Source: Dendrobates tinctorius (lineage: Eukaryota). From it: DNA of 64,000 bases. A program made the translations under genes and the position numbers. Below the pieces are notes generated by a model, which saw nothing but the letters and a program-made list of their open reading frames with translations, was not told the DNA's origin and did no database searches. Shown piece by piece: positions 24,802 to 38,949 of this stretch. The DNA lies in assembly GCF_039654945.1 (NCBI RefSeq), contig NW_027361754.1, forward strand, positions 1,550,001-1,614,000, written 5' to 3'. Positions within the stretch are counted from its first letter, which is position 1; each line of letters opens with the position of its first letter.

Positions 24802-26232
24802 TTAGGGAGGGACTACAGCCTGCAGTACCCTTATACCAAAAGAGAGGTCTGTGGAAGCACCCAAGTCTAGCCTATAATGACTATAAAAGGTGCTCGGAGA
24901 GGACCAAGTAGCCGCCTTACATATCTGGTCAATGGACACTTCTGACCTTTCGGCCCACGAGGTCGCCATGGCTCTGGTGGAATGCGCCCTCAGCTTCCGG
25001 GGTGGCGACCTGCCTTTTGAGGTGTATGCTATTGAGATCGCTTCTCTAACCCACCTGGCTAGTGTACTTTTTGACGCTCTACAACCTTTCCTAGGGCCAT
25101 GATGAGAGACAAACAGGGCATTATCTTTTTTCCAGGGATCGGTAACTGCCAGATATTCTATGAGGCATTTCCTAACATCCAAGGTGTGAAGCTTCTCTTC
25201 CTTCTCATTAGCTGGATTAGGGAGGAAAGATGGAAGGACTATCTCCTGTGTCCTATGAAAGCTGGAAACTACCTTAGGTAAATATGCCGGATCAGGTCTG
25301 AGTATTACCCTATCGTCCCTGAACTGTATATAAGGAGGACGTCTAGATAATGCCTGGATGTCGCTTACCCTACGAGCTGAGGTTAGAGCTACCAGGAAGG
25401 CTACTTTGAGGGACAGGTTTTTTATGGAAGCTAATGAGATAGGTTCGAATGGGGCTTCTGTCATAGCCGTGAGGACTAGGTTCAAGTCCCACGGCATGAA
25501 TCTATCCTTCGCTATTGGCCTGGATCTACCTGCTGCCTTAATGAATCTACTGATCCAGTAATTACCCGCGATGTTGCAGCTAAAGAGGGCCCCCAAGGCT
25601 GATACTTGTACTTTAAGGGTACTAGTGGAGAGCCCCATATCCAGACCTTTCTGAAGAAACTCTAAGATTTGGTTTACAGGTGCTGAAGCGCCAGCAACCA
25701 CTCCAGAGTTCTGCAGGAATTGTTTCCAAATTCTGACATAGATTTTGGTGGTGATGACTTTTCTACTTTTAAGTAGGGTGCTAATCAGGTCTGGGGAGAA
25801 GCCTTTTTCTCTCAGTAGTGTCCGTTCAAACTCCACGCCGTCAGATGTAGGCCAGCCACCTGAGGATGGAACACAGGGCCCTGGGATAGGAGATCCGGGA
25901 TGTCCGGAAGGACCCAAGGGTCGGACACTGACATGGTCCTGAGGCAAGAAAACCAAGCCCTCCTGGGCCAAAATGGAGCGATAACTATCACCCTTGCTTT
26001 GTCTCTCCTGATTTTCTTCATCACCAGGGGTAGTAGTGATAGGGGAGGGAAGGCGTATGCTAGCCCGAAGTCCCACTTTATCAGAAAGGCATCTACCGCC
26101 AGGGGGTTCTCTCTGGGATTTAGGGAGCAAAATTGTTTTAATTTTCTGTTTTCCCTGGTAGCGAAGAGGTCTACCTCTGGTTGTCCCCATCTTTGTACAA
26201 TCAGGTCGAAGATGGAGGTGCTTAGGGACCAT
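24802..26232 (-). CDS. DIRS tyrosine recombinase (true start uncertain)
   Basis: SARRVSD (catalytic R), LRAHSTRAMATSWA (HxxR), AATWSSPSTFYSHYRLD (catalytic Y). The ORF overlaps the RT ORF, as in DIRS1. Confidence 0.9.
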   Translation of the reverse strand: MVPKHLHLRPDCTKMGTTRGRPLRYQGKQKIKTILLPKSQREPPGGRCLSDKVGLRASIRLPSPITTTPGDEENQERQSKGDSYRSILAQEGLVFLPQDHVSVRPLGPSGHPGSPIPGPCVPSSGGWPTSDGVEFERTLLREKGFSPDLISTLLKSRKVITTKIYVRIWKQFLQNSGVVAGASAPVNQILEFLQKGLDMGLSTSTLKVQVSALGALFSCNIAGNYWISRFIKAAGRSRPIAKDRFMPWDLNLVLTAMTEAPFEPISLASIKNLSLKVAFLVALTSARRVSDIQALSRRPPYIQFRDDRVILRPDPAYLPKVVSSFHRTQEIVLPSFLPNPANEKEEKLHTLDVRKCLIEYLAVTDPWKKDNALFVSHHGPRKGCRASKSTLARWVREAISIAYTSKGRSPPRKLRAHSTRAMATSWAERSEVSIDQICKAATWSSPSTFYSHYRLDLGASTDLSFGIRVLQAVVPP

Positions 26233-27710
26233 TCTCCTTGTTTTAGTGGATTGCGGCTTAGGAAATCTGCTGTGATATTTTCCTTCCCTTTTATATGTAG
26301 AGCTGTTAAAGATTGAAAATGCTGCTCTGCTAGCCGGAACAACCGTTCTGCCACTTTCATCAGGGGTTTTGAACGAGTCCCGCCTTGGTGGTTGATATAA
26401 GCCACGGTGACCTGATTGTCGGAGAACACTCGCACATGATGGCCCTGTAGATACACAAGTAGCTCCTTAGCTGCCTGCTCTACCGCTGTCAACTCTTTCA
26501 GATTAGATGACATTTCTATCTGATGATGCTCCCATAGGCCCTGTACCAGAATCTCACCCATATGAGCCCCCCAACCGGAAGGGCTAGCATCCGTGGTGAT
26601 TATGCGGGATATGTCATACTCCCAGGGGACCCCTTTGGATAAATTATCCTTGACTAGCCACCACTCTAGGGACTCCCTTGTGTTTCGGGACAAGGTTAGT
26701 TGACCCTCCAAGTAACCCCCAAGGACTCTTTGATGCCTTAAGACCTCGCCCTGCAGTTTTCTTGTATGAAACTGTGCCCACTGGACTGCCGGGATACAGG
26801 ACGAGAGGGAACCCAGAAGGGACATGGCTTTTCTGAGGGACATGGTAGGGTTATTGCAAGCGTTCAGGACCTGATAGTGTAGGCGAACAAGCTTCTCCGG
26901 GGGCAGATGGCATTCCTGTTTCTCAGAGTCTAGGATCAGGCCCAAGAACTGTTGGACTCTCACCGGCTGTAACAGAGACTTTTTAATGTTAAGCAGCCAT
27001 CCTAACCCCTCTAGGGCAGACATTGCCCTTTGTAGTTGTTCCAGACGTTTTGCTGTTTTCCATACGATCAGGAATTCATCTAAGTAGGGGATCACAAGAA
27101 TGTCCGATTCACGTAGATGGGCCATAACTTCCGCTACAACTTTGGTAAACACACGGGGAGCGACTGCCACCCCAAAGGGGAGGGCCGCATATTGAAAATG
27201 TTGGACTGACCCATCTAGCTGAACCGCCACTCTGAGAAACCGCTGATGGGCTGCATGAATGGGAATATGGTAGTAAGCGTCTTTTAAATCTAAGACCACC
27301 ATAAAACAGTTTTGAAACAGTAATTTTATTGTTGATGTAATTGTCTCCATCTTAAACGGGCGTATGATCAGGAATTTGTTGAGGGATTTAAGGTTTATTA
27401 TAGTTCTGAAGGACCCGTCTGGTTTGCGGACCAGGAACAGGGGGGAGTAAAACCCTTTCCCCGTTTCTCCCTCTGGGACCACCGTCAGGACCCTCTTACG
27501 GCAGAGATCATGCACCTCGGCCTCCAGGGCAGCTTGTTCTGGTGTGGAAGACCTGAGCGGGGTGACCTTAAATCGATCTTGGGGAACCCGGGCGAATTCT
27601 AGGCGTAGACCCACAGCTATCACCCCCAGTATCCATTTACTATTGGAAATCAAGGACCAGGCTGGGTAGAAGGCAGCTAGTCTCCCCCCTACCGGGGCGC
27701 AACTAGTCAT
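25812..27710 (-). CDS. DIRS pol: reverse transcriptase, RNase H and DNA N6-adenine methyltransferase-like domain; the catalytic YxDD reads YLDE
   Basis: GFYSPLFLVRKPDGSFR, LDLKDAYYHI, LPFG, YLDE, TTDASPSGWGA, FSDNQVTVAYINHQGGTRS, ENITADFLSR, VDLFA and YAFPP motifs. Confidence 0.9.
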   Translation of the reverse strand: MTSCAPVGGRLAAFYPAWSLISNSKWILGVIAVGLRLEFARVPQDRFKVTPLRSSTPEQAALEAEVHDLCRKRVLTVVPEGETGKGFYSPLFLVRKPDGSFRTIINLKSLNKFLIIRPFKMETITSTIKLLFQNCFMVVLDLKDAYYHIPIHAAHQRFLRVAVQLDGSVQHFQYAALPFGVAVAPRVFTKVVAEVMAHLRESDILVIPYLDEFLIVWKTAKRLEQLQRAMSALEGLGWLLNIKKSLLQPVRVQQFLGLILDSEKQECHLPPEKLVRLHYQVLNACNNPTMSLRKAMSLLGSLSSCIPAVQWAQFHTRKLQGEVLRHQRVLGGYLEGQLTLSRNTRESLEWWLVKDNLSKGVPWEYDISRIITTDASPSGWGAHMGEILVQGLWEHHQIEMSSNLKELTAVEQAAKELLVYLQGHHVRVFSDNQVTVAYINHQGGTRSKPLMKVAERLFRLAEQHFQSLTALHIKGKENITADFLSRNPLKQGEWSLSTSIFDLIVQRWGQPEVDLFATRENRKLKQFCSLNPRENPLAVDAFLIKWDFGLAYAFPPLSLLPLVMKKIRRDKARVIVIAPFWPRRAWFSCLRTMSVSDPWVLPDIPDLLSQGPVFHPQVAGLHLTAWSLNGHY

Positions 27711-29261
27711 TGGGGAGGTTTTTTAGTGTCACGTGCTGGACCTTCTTGACGCCCCCCTCCTCCGAACATGAAGCCTGTACCTCTCCTTCTTCTGTCCTCT
27801 CATCTTCCCTGATCTCTGGACAGCCTTCTACGGAAATAGCCTTTCCTGGTAAAGGGACGTCTGTAGGAATGATTCGGTAGACCGGGGAACTTCTTTTTAT
27901 CATCCCCGGCTTTCTCTAAGAGTTCATCCAAGACTGGGCCAAACAGATATTCGCCCTCACATGGAATGGAGCAGAGCCGTGATCTGGCCTGGATATCTCC
28001 CGGCCAGCATTTTAACCAAAGGGCCCTTCGAGCTGCGTTAGATAAACTCGCAGTTCTGGCTGCCATCCTCGCAGAGTCCGCTGAAGCATCCGCCAAAAAA
28101 GCTGCCGCACTTTGGATGATTGGCAGCGTTTTCCTGATAGAAGCTCTTGACACTCCGTCCTTTAGTTGGGAATCCAATTGGTCTAGCCAGACCATCATGG
28201 ATCTGGCCGTACATGTGGCAGTTATCGCTGGTCTTAGAGCACCTGCTGACATCTCCCAAGTTCCCTTCAAAAAGGAGTCTGCTTTCTTATCTAATGGGTC
28301 TTTTAAGGAGGCCATGTCGTCGAAGGGAATGGAGGATTTTTTGGAGGCTTTGGCTACTGCCGCGTCCAGTTTAGGGGCTTTATCCCATCTGTTTACCACT
28401 GGGTCGTCAAACGGGTACCTCCGTTTGAAGGCCGGAGGTAAGGAGCCTCTTTTTTCAGGTCTCTTCCATTCCCTATCTATTAGGCTCTGAACTTTATCAT
28501 TTAATGGAAAGGCCTTCCGCTTCCTGGGATCTAGACCCCCGAACATCACGTCCTGAGCTGAAAGTTCCGGTTTTGTATCTGCTACCCCCATGGTGGACCT
28601 TATTGCTTTAACTAGCTTATCCATCTGGTCTAAGGGGAAGCAGAATCGACTCGAGTCTTCCTCTGAAGATGATGAAGTGGAGGCCGGGGAATCTTAAGAG
28701 TCATCGATCCTTAGGGCGGTCGAGGACTCTGAACCTGAGAAACTACATTCTCTTCCCCTAGAGGAATCCTTTTTAGACAGGGCCTTTATCTCTGTCCTGA
28801 TTATGTCCCTCAGGCTTGCGGTGAAGTCCGGCGTTTCTTCCGCTACCTGTATGGACGGGAGAGTGTAAGGGCCTGTCAATCTACCCCAGGGCCAACGTCC
28901 CCTTCCACCCCTACCGTTTGTCTCACGCATGGCTGACACAACTTTTTAGGGTGGCCGTCCGGCAAGGTGCAACTACAGAGGGCACATTCCCTGTGCTTCT
29001 GCTCCCCTGCGAGCAAAACATAAGGGAACACTGCATCAGGGTACATTCACGGAGATCTCTTACCCATGCAGATGAGGCAGGTACCGGATCATGGAGGGAG
29101 GCAGGAGGATCCTTTAGCCTGGAGGAACTTCTGTGGCTTTGTTCGCCCGTCCGTTTCTGTTTTTTCTGCTGGCCACTCGCATGCGGCTTCACTGTGGCCT
29201 GTTTCTGTGGGTGCTCCTGCACCTCGTCCAGCTGCTCTAAGGGGGCTTCTGTCGTATCCAT
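27703..29261 (-). pseudogene. DIRS gag/ORF1 (LAP2alpha-like region), disrupted by stops and frameshifts
   Basis: Fragments 27800-28624 (WDKAPKLDAAV...ARRALWLKCW...GEYLFGPVLDEL), 28694-28939 and 28923-29261 lie in different frames. Confidence 0.75.
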
Positions 29262-30245
29262 CGCTGGCCTTTCAGAAGCACCCCAGCAGCGTTACCTCCT
29301 GCCTTTTAAGGCCTCCTTGGCCGGGTCAGCAGGGTTCTCGCGCACACCCCCCACCCGGGACCCCTCCGCGACCCTCCCCCCGCAAGCTCCGGTCCTCCCC
29401 CGGCCACCGCGCGCCACCCAGGACTGCCGCGCACACCGGAAGCCGGCCGGCACCCGACTTCCGGTTTCGGCGTCCCCGGCCCCGCCCCCTCCGCTGCCCG
29501 TCTGAGGCCTGCGTGGGACGCGCAGAAGGAGCAGGCACGGCGCCCCCCCGGCTCAGGCCAGGCTACAGCCCCCACGCACGCCGACCAGGCGCCACGCCAG
29601 GAGAGAGAGAGCGGCCACGGGGAGAGCGCACCAGGAGGGGCCCAGGTCATACATACCTGGAGCGGCAATATGGAGGCGGCTGTCCACCGGACCCCTGGCT
29701 CCCACCTGCTCTCACCACCGTCGTGGAGACCTGCCCGGCCCCACCGTGGCGCTTCCAGGGACCCAAGCTTGACCGAGGTAGGAGACCCCCTCGCTACCTG
29801 GGTCGGTCAGCCGGCCTGGGAATCCCTCGGCGACTCCATGATGGACGACATGAAGGAAGTCCCGTCCTCTAGGAACAGGAAACCAACTGATGCGTGGGAG
29901 AGGTGCCGCCCTTTTGTATCTGTAGGTTTCCTGTTCCTGAAGGGCGGATCCCCTCTCTCAGGTGGTGCTGTCATGGACGACCGATAAATGTGTCTTATAT
30001 TCTAGGTTCTTCAAAGTAGCCACCTTTTGCTTTGATTACTGCTTTGCACACTCTTGGCATTCTCTTGATGAGCTTCAAGAGGTAGTCACCGGAAATGGTT
30101 TTCACTTCAAAGGTGTGCCCTGTCAGGTTTAATAAGTGGGATTTTTTGCCTTATAAATGGGGTTGTGACCATCAGTTGTGTTGTGCTGAAGTCTGGTGGA
30201 TACACAGGTGATAGTCCTACTGAATAGACTGTTAGAATTTGTATT

Positions 30246-31289
30246 ACGGCAAGAAAAAAGCAGCTAAGTAAAGAAAAACGAGTGGTCATCATTACTTTAA
30301 GAAATGAAGGTCAGTCAGTTCAAAAAAATTGGGAAAACTTTGAAAGTGTCCCCAAGTGCAGTGGCAAAAACCATCAAGCGCTACAAAGAAACTGGCTCAC
30401 ATGAGGACCGCCCCAGGAAAGGAAGACCGAGTCACCTCTGCTGCAGATGATAAGTTCATCCGAGTCACCAGCCTCAGAAATCGCAGGTTAACAGCAGCTC
30501 AGAAGAGACCAGGTCAATGCCACACAGAGTTCTAGCAGCAGACACATCTCTACAACTGTTAAGAGGAGACTTTGTGCAGCAGGCCTTCATGGTAAAATAG
30601 CTGCTAGGAAACCACTGCTAAGGACAGTCAACAAGCAGAAGAGACTTGTTTGGGTTAAAGAACACAAGGAATGGACATTAGACCAGTGGAAATCTGTGCT
30701 TTGGTCTGATGAGTCCAAATTTGAGATCTTTGGTTCCAACCACCGTGTCTTTGTGCGATGCAGAAAAGGTGAACGGATGGACTCTGCATGCCTGGTTCCT
30801 ACCGTGAAGCATGGAGGAGGAGGTGTGATGGTGTGGGTGTGCTTTGCTGGTGACACTGTTGGGAATTTATTCAAAATTGAAGGCATACTGAACCAGCATG
30901 GCTACCACAGCATCTTGCAGCGGCATGCTATTCCATCCGGTTTGTGTTTAGTTGGACCATCATTTATTTTTCAACAGAACAATGACCCCAAACACACCTC
31001 CAGGCTGTGTAAGGGCTATTTGACCAAGAACGAGAGTGATGGGGTGCTACGCCAGATGACCTGGCCTCCACAGTCACCAGACCTGAACCCAATCGAGATG
31101 GTTTGGGGTGAGCTGGACCGCAGAGTGAAGGCAAAAGGGCCAACAAGTGCTAAGCATCTCTGGAAACTCCTTCAAGACTGTTGGAAGACCATTTCCAGTG
31201 ACCTCTTGAAGCTCATCAAGAGAATGACAAGAGCGTGCAAAGCACTAATCAAAGCAAAAGGTGGCTACTTTGAAGAAACTAGAATATAA
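30246..31289 (+). pseudogene. Tc1 transposase, frameshifted, second catalytic Asp replaced (FQQNNDPKH)
   Basis: WSDESKF, PTVKHGGGGVMVW and WPPQSPDLNPIE. The N-terminal half is broken and the start codon reads ACG. Confidence 0.88.
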
Positions 31290-31968
31290 GATGTTTTCAG
31301 TTGTTTCACACTTTTTTGTTAATTCTATAACTCCACATGTAATTCATAGTTTTGATGCCTTCAGAGTGAATCTACAATTTTCATAGTCATGAAAATAAAG
31401 AAAACTCTTTGAATGAGGTGTGTCCAAACTTTGGTCTGTACTGTATATATGTAATCGATATTATACAGTGTATTACATATTTACAATTTATTACAGTTTG
31501 TGTTCTAAAGTTGTATTCCAATAAATAGATATGTTCTACCTAAATATCTTGATTGGATCATAGAAATGATTAAATGTCTGATGTTCACATTGTACTACAA
31601 TAAATTTTTCACTTAAATATAAGCAATATATGTGGGAGTCGGAGCCGTGGAGTCGGTGTAAGGGAAATTGAGGAGTCAGAGTCGCAGGTTTGGCTTACCG
31701 ACTCCAAAGCCCTGGGCTCATGGCAGCCATCACTTATTGCTGTCTAGTGGAAGCCTCCGACACATCGCAGGCTCATGTTGGCCGCTGCTCCGTTCTGGCG
31801 AGTGTAAACTTCCGATACACCGCAGGATCTCGAATAGTATTCTGCACCAGCTAAAATCAGCACATCTACAGTAAGCGTTTATGATGGCCGCATCCACACG
31901 ACCTCCGTGCGGTGTAGCGGATCCAAGCTTTCATGTATACACACAGATATAAAATACACACCGCTCTA

Positions 31969-32124
31969 CAGTGCTGTGCAAATTAATTGGGACAAAGCAT
32001 TTTATTAAACACACTCACACCTGTTCAAAGCAGTTAAAACTGGTTTGAATCACTGACTTGGTAACCAACTTACGATTTTACTTTAAAAAAAAAAAAGCTG
32101 TCCCAATTAGTTTGCACAGCACTG
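31969..32124. mobile_element. 156-bp Tc1-type MITE
   Basis: TIR CAGTGCTGTGCAAATTAATTGGGACA / TGTCCCAATTAGTTTGCACAGCACTG and TA TSD. Confidence 0.85.
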
Positions 32125-32980
32125 TAGCTCTCATCACTCCCGACCGATGGGCACAAGCATAAACCATCTCTCCATTCTACTTAACATTACACAATGACCA
32201 TTTTAAGCCCCCTACCCAATTCTGGGCATAGTTGGCCCCCCAGACACCGCTGATTGGGGGGGGGGGGGGGTAAGCCCTTTACTAACCACATGTGTACACC
32301 TCTGTTCACTCCCCACTTGTGCAATGGGGGAATGTGTCCTGCGGTGAGCTCATCGAAGGGGTCTGACCGCTAAATGAGATATGGCAGATGGCTAGCACTC
32401 GACTAGTGTAATGAATAAATGGTGCTAGTGAAAGTGAGCCTCTGGTCCCGTAAATGTGAAGTCAATATAGAATCACTGCACACGTAAATTATGCTAAAGT
32501 GAGCTTTTTATTATTTGACAGTGATGAAGCGCCAGCTGACGTTTCGGCCTAACAACGGCCTTTATCACATAGTCGCCCTTTTGAAGTAGAGTTTTGGTAG
32601 TCACCGTTTGATAGTTTATCACTGCAAGGCAATATTTAAAAAAAAATGCGGATTATCCAATATAGCCAATAGTCCAGGTGCTAGAGGAGCAGAGATCCTG
32701 TTGGTATGGCAAAAAAACATTGGTGGCGCAGTGGGGGATTTATTTATCAGTGGTCACTTACGTGAGCAGCCACATCCCACCATAAACTGATCGTGCCGGC
32801 ATCACTGCAGTATTAAACTATGTGATGCTGACATCCAACGAGACTCATCCCCAGCTCTGTACCAGAGGGAGAACAGTGGGCCAAACGCTCAGTATTTATT
32901 ACTGTGTCCACCTCAGACTGGATATTCCCCAGTGGGGCCGCTGCACGCTCTCCCCATCATTCTGTAAACACAATGACTTC

Positions 32981-33775
32981 TGTTATGATTGAGTCACCGT
33001 AGGAGGCAAAAACAGAAATGCTAGCCAAGTCCAGAAAACCAGAGAGGTTGGCAGCTATCGGATTGCAGACCCCTGATCCTATCCACAACAGTAGCCGTGG
33101 GGGGTTCCTACGATGCCCTAGATCCCTCGATCACAGCCGGAGAATTAAATAGGCCTAAAGAAAGAAAGGGGAAATCTAAACTGCCCCAGAGCAGACCCCA
33201 AAGCAAAAGGCAGCCCCCAACATATAATGAAGGTGAAGCAAGATGAAAACACTAACACAGACAGAAAGATAGCTTGGGCCCCGTCTTTGCTCATTCTAAC
33301 TAGATAGGAAAGGACAGGAAGGCTGCTGTCTGCAATCCGTGAAAAACTCTATGAAAATAAGAGCCAACAGACTGACAGTGAAAAAGGCCCTGAAGACGCT
33401 AGGCTTCAAAAAAGCTATGTCAGTACTCAGGAATATTCTGAAGACAGAGCGGCCGGCAAAAGGAGATTCAGCTCACCCAGCAGGGAATGGCAGAATCCAG
33501 AAAAGCAAGGAAAACAAAAACAAAACAAATGCTAACAGGCAAAGCAGAAAACTTAGCTTTAGAGGAGCAGGAATCAGACTGGTGTCCTAGAAGTCCACAG
33601 AGAAATCACCCGCAGGGCAGAAGGGCGTCGGCAGCCTTATATCCAGTCCGTGACTCCACTCAGCCAGTCATCCTCATTAGGCTCAGGTGCCTGATAATCA
33701 GGCTCATTACCTTCCTTTACCAGAATAGGGAGTTCACCAGACCTCAGTGACGAAGGGGAAAATGAACTCACAACA
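32981..33775. mobile_element. Solo LTR (795 bp) just downstream of RPL27A
   Basis: TGTTATGA...TCACAACA termini and flanking direct repeat GACTTC (32975-32980, 33776-33781). Confidence 0.7.
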
Positions 33776-34093
33776 GACTTCCCTGCACGGTCCCAGCTTC
33801 AGTGCAGCAGGACCACGGCTCTGGCTAGTAACACACTGCATGTGCTACATGTAATAAAGCTGCAGCATTTATATGACCCCCTCCCGTTGTGTGTATACAG
33901 CTTCCTCGCAGACCTATGCGTTTCCCTGGAGTTTGACTGTACGCTGATACTGCAGTTTTGATACTCCTCGGCAGAATAAGGCGGACGAGGTGGAGGAACA
34001 AGACTGCAGCATCGACCACATGGCCGCCTACGGCACTAACAGTACACAAGACAAAAAACAGCACAACCAGCCACAGGATGTAACCAATGGAAG

Positions 34094-34099
34094 TTTATT
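34094..34099 (-). terminator. RPL27A polyadenylation signal AATAAA
   Basis: AATAAA 17 nt after the stop codon, followed by a GT-rich downstream element. Confidence 0.85.
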
Positions 34100-34116
34100 C
34101 ATTTTCTGCACAGCGA

Positions 34117-38557
<4,441 letters not shown>

Positions 38558-38560
<3 letters not shown>

Positions 38561-38588
38561 GGCGGCGGCTGCGAGAGAAAGAGAGAGA
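38558..38588 (-). promoter_or_regulatory. RPL27A: RPL27A exon 1: 5'TOP/TCT tract, Kozak and ATG, then splice donor
   Basis: The - strand reads TCTCTCTCTTTCTCTCGCAGCCGCCGCC-ATG|gtaagt. Confidence 0.9.
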
Positions 38589-38745
38589 TCCCGGCAGCTC
38601 CCGCGAGAAGTAAGAGGGGGCGGGGACTGAGGGGGTAGGACGTCGTGTTACGGCGAGATCTCGCGAGACTTGAACGGTCACAGGTAACGTGACAGAAGCA
38701 TCGGCGGCGCCGAACACTAGAGGAGGCGGAGGCGGCCATATTGGG
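38589..38745. promoter_or_regulatory. CpG-rich bidirectional promoter with TCTCGCGAGA (BANP/CGCG element), GC box and YY1-like site; candidate non-coding exon 1 of the THAP gene ending at 38683
   Basis: TCTCGCGAGA at 38659-38668, TCCCGCGAGA at 38599-38608, GGGGCGGGG at ~38617-38625, GGCCATATT at ~38734, and + strand donor CAG|GTAACG at 38683/38684. Confidence 0.7.
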
Positions 38746-38949
38746 GGAGACACAGAGGCAAGTGCGACAACTGCGAGACGGCGCTCGGGACAGCAGCGCG
38801 GCGCTGTCACACGGACACCGAGGGTACACGGCCGTGCGTATGTACTGCTCTACTATGCCCCACCGTATACTGCCCATATACACTGTATACGGGGAGCGCA
38901 GGTACTGGGGAGGGGCTCCGCTGCGTAATGTACTGCAGATAGCCCCTGT

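Larger units (their letters stand above)
24510..29988 (-). mobile_element. Near-full-length DIRS1-type tyrosine-recombinase retrotransposon
   Basis: 5' terminus TTTATCGGTCGTCCATGACAGCACC. Inverted terminal repeats (24510-24560 vs ~29880-29935). Internal complementary region at ~24697-24783. Overlapping gag, RT/RNaseH/MTase and YR ORFs. Confidence 0.95.
24418..31443 (+). mobile_element. Tc1/mariner transposon interrupted by a DIRS element
   Basis: TIR CAGTACAGACCAAAAGTTTTGACACACC / GGTGTGTCCAAACTTTGGTCTGTACTG followed by TA. Transposase remnant at ~30246-31289. Confidence 0.9.
23205..31714. mobile_element. Non-autonomous hAT element hosting nested MITEs, a Tc1 and a DIRS element
   Basis: TIR CAGGGCTGTGGAGTCGG / CCGACTCCAAAGCCCTG and 8-bp TSD GGCTCATG (23197-23204, 31715-31722). 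Subterminal GGAGTC repeats. Confidence 0.88.

Noticed and set aside
24802-27710. Phage integrase / bacterial methyltransferase suggesting a prophage or contamination
   Set aside because: YR and MTase-like domains overlapping RT/RNase H, together with ITRs and an ICR, are the standard DIRS1 architecture.
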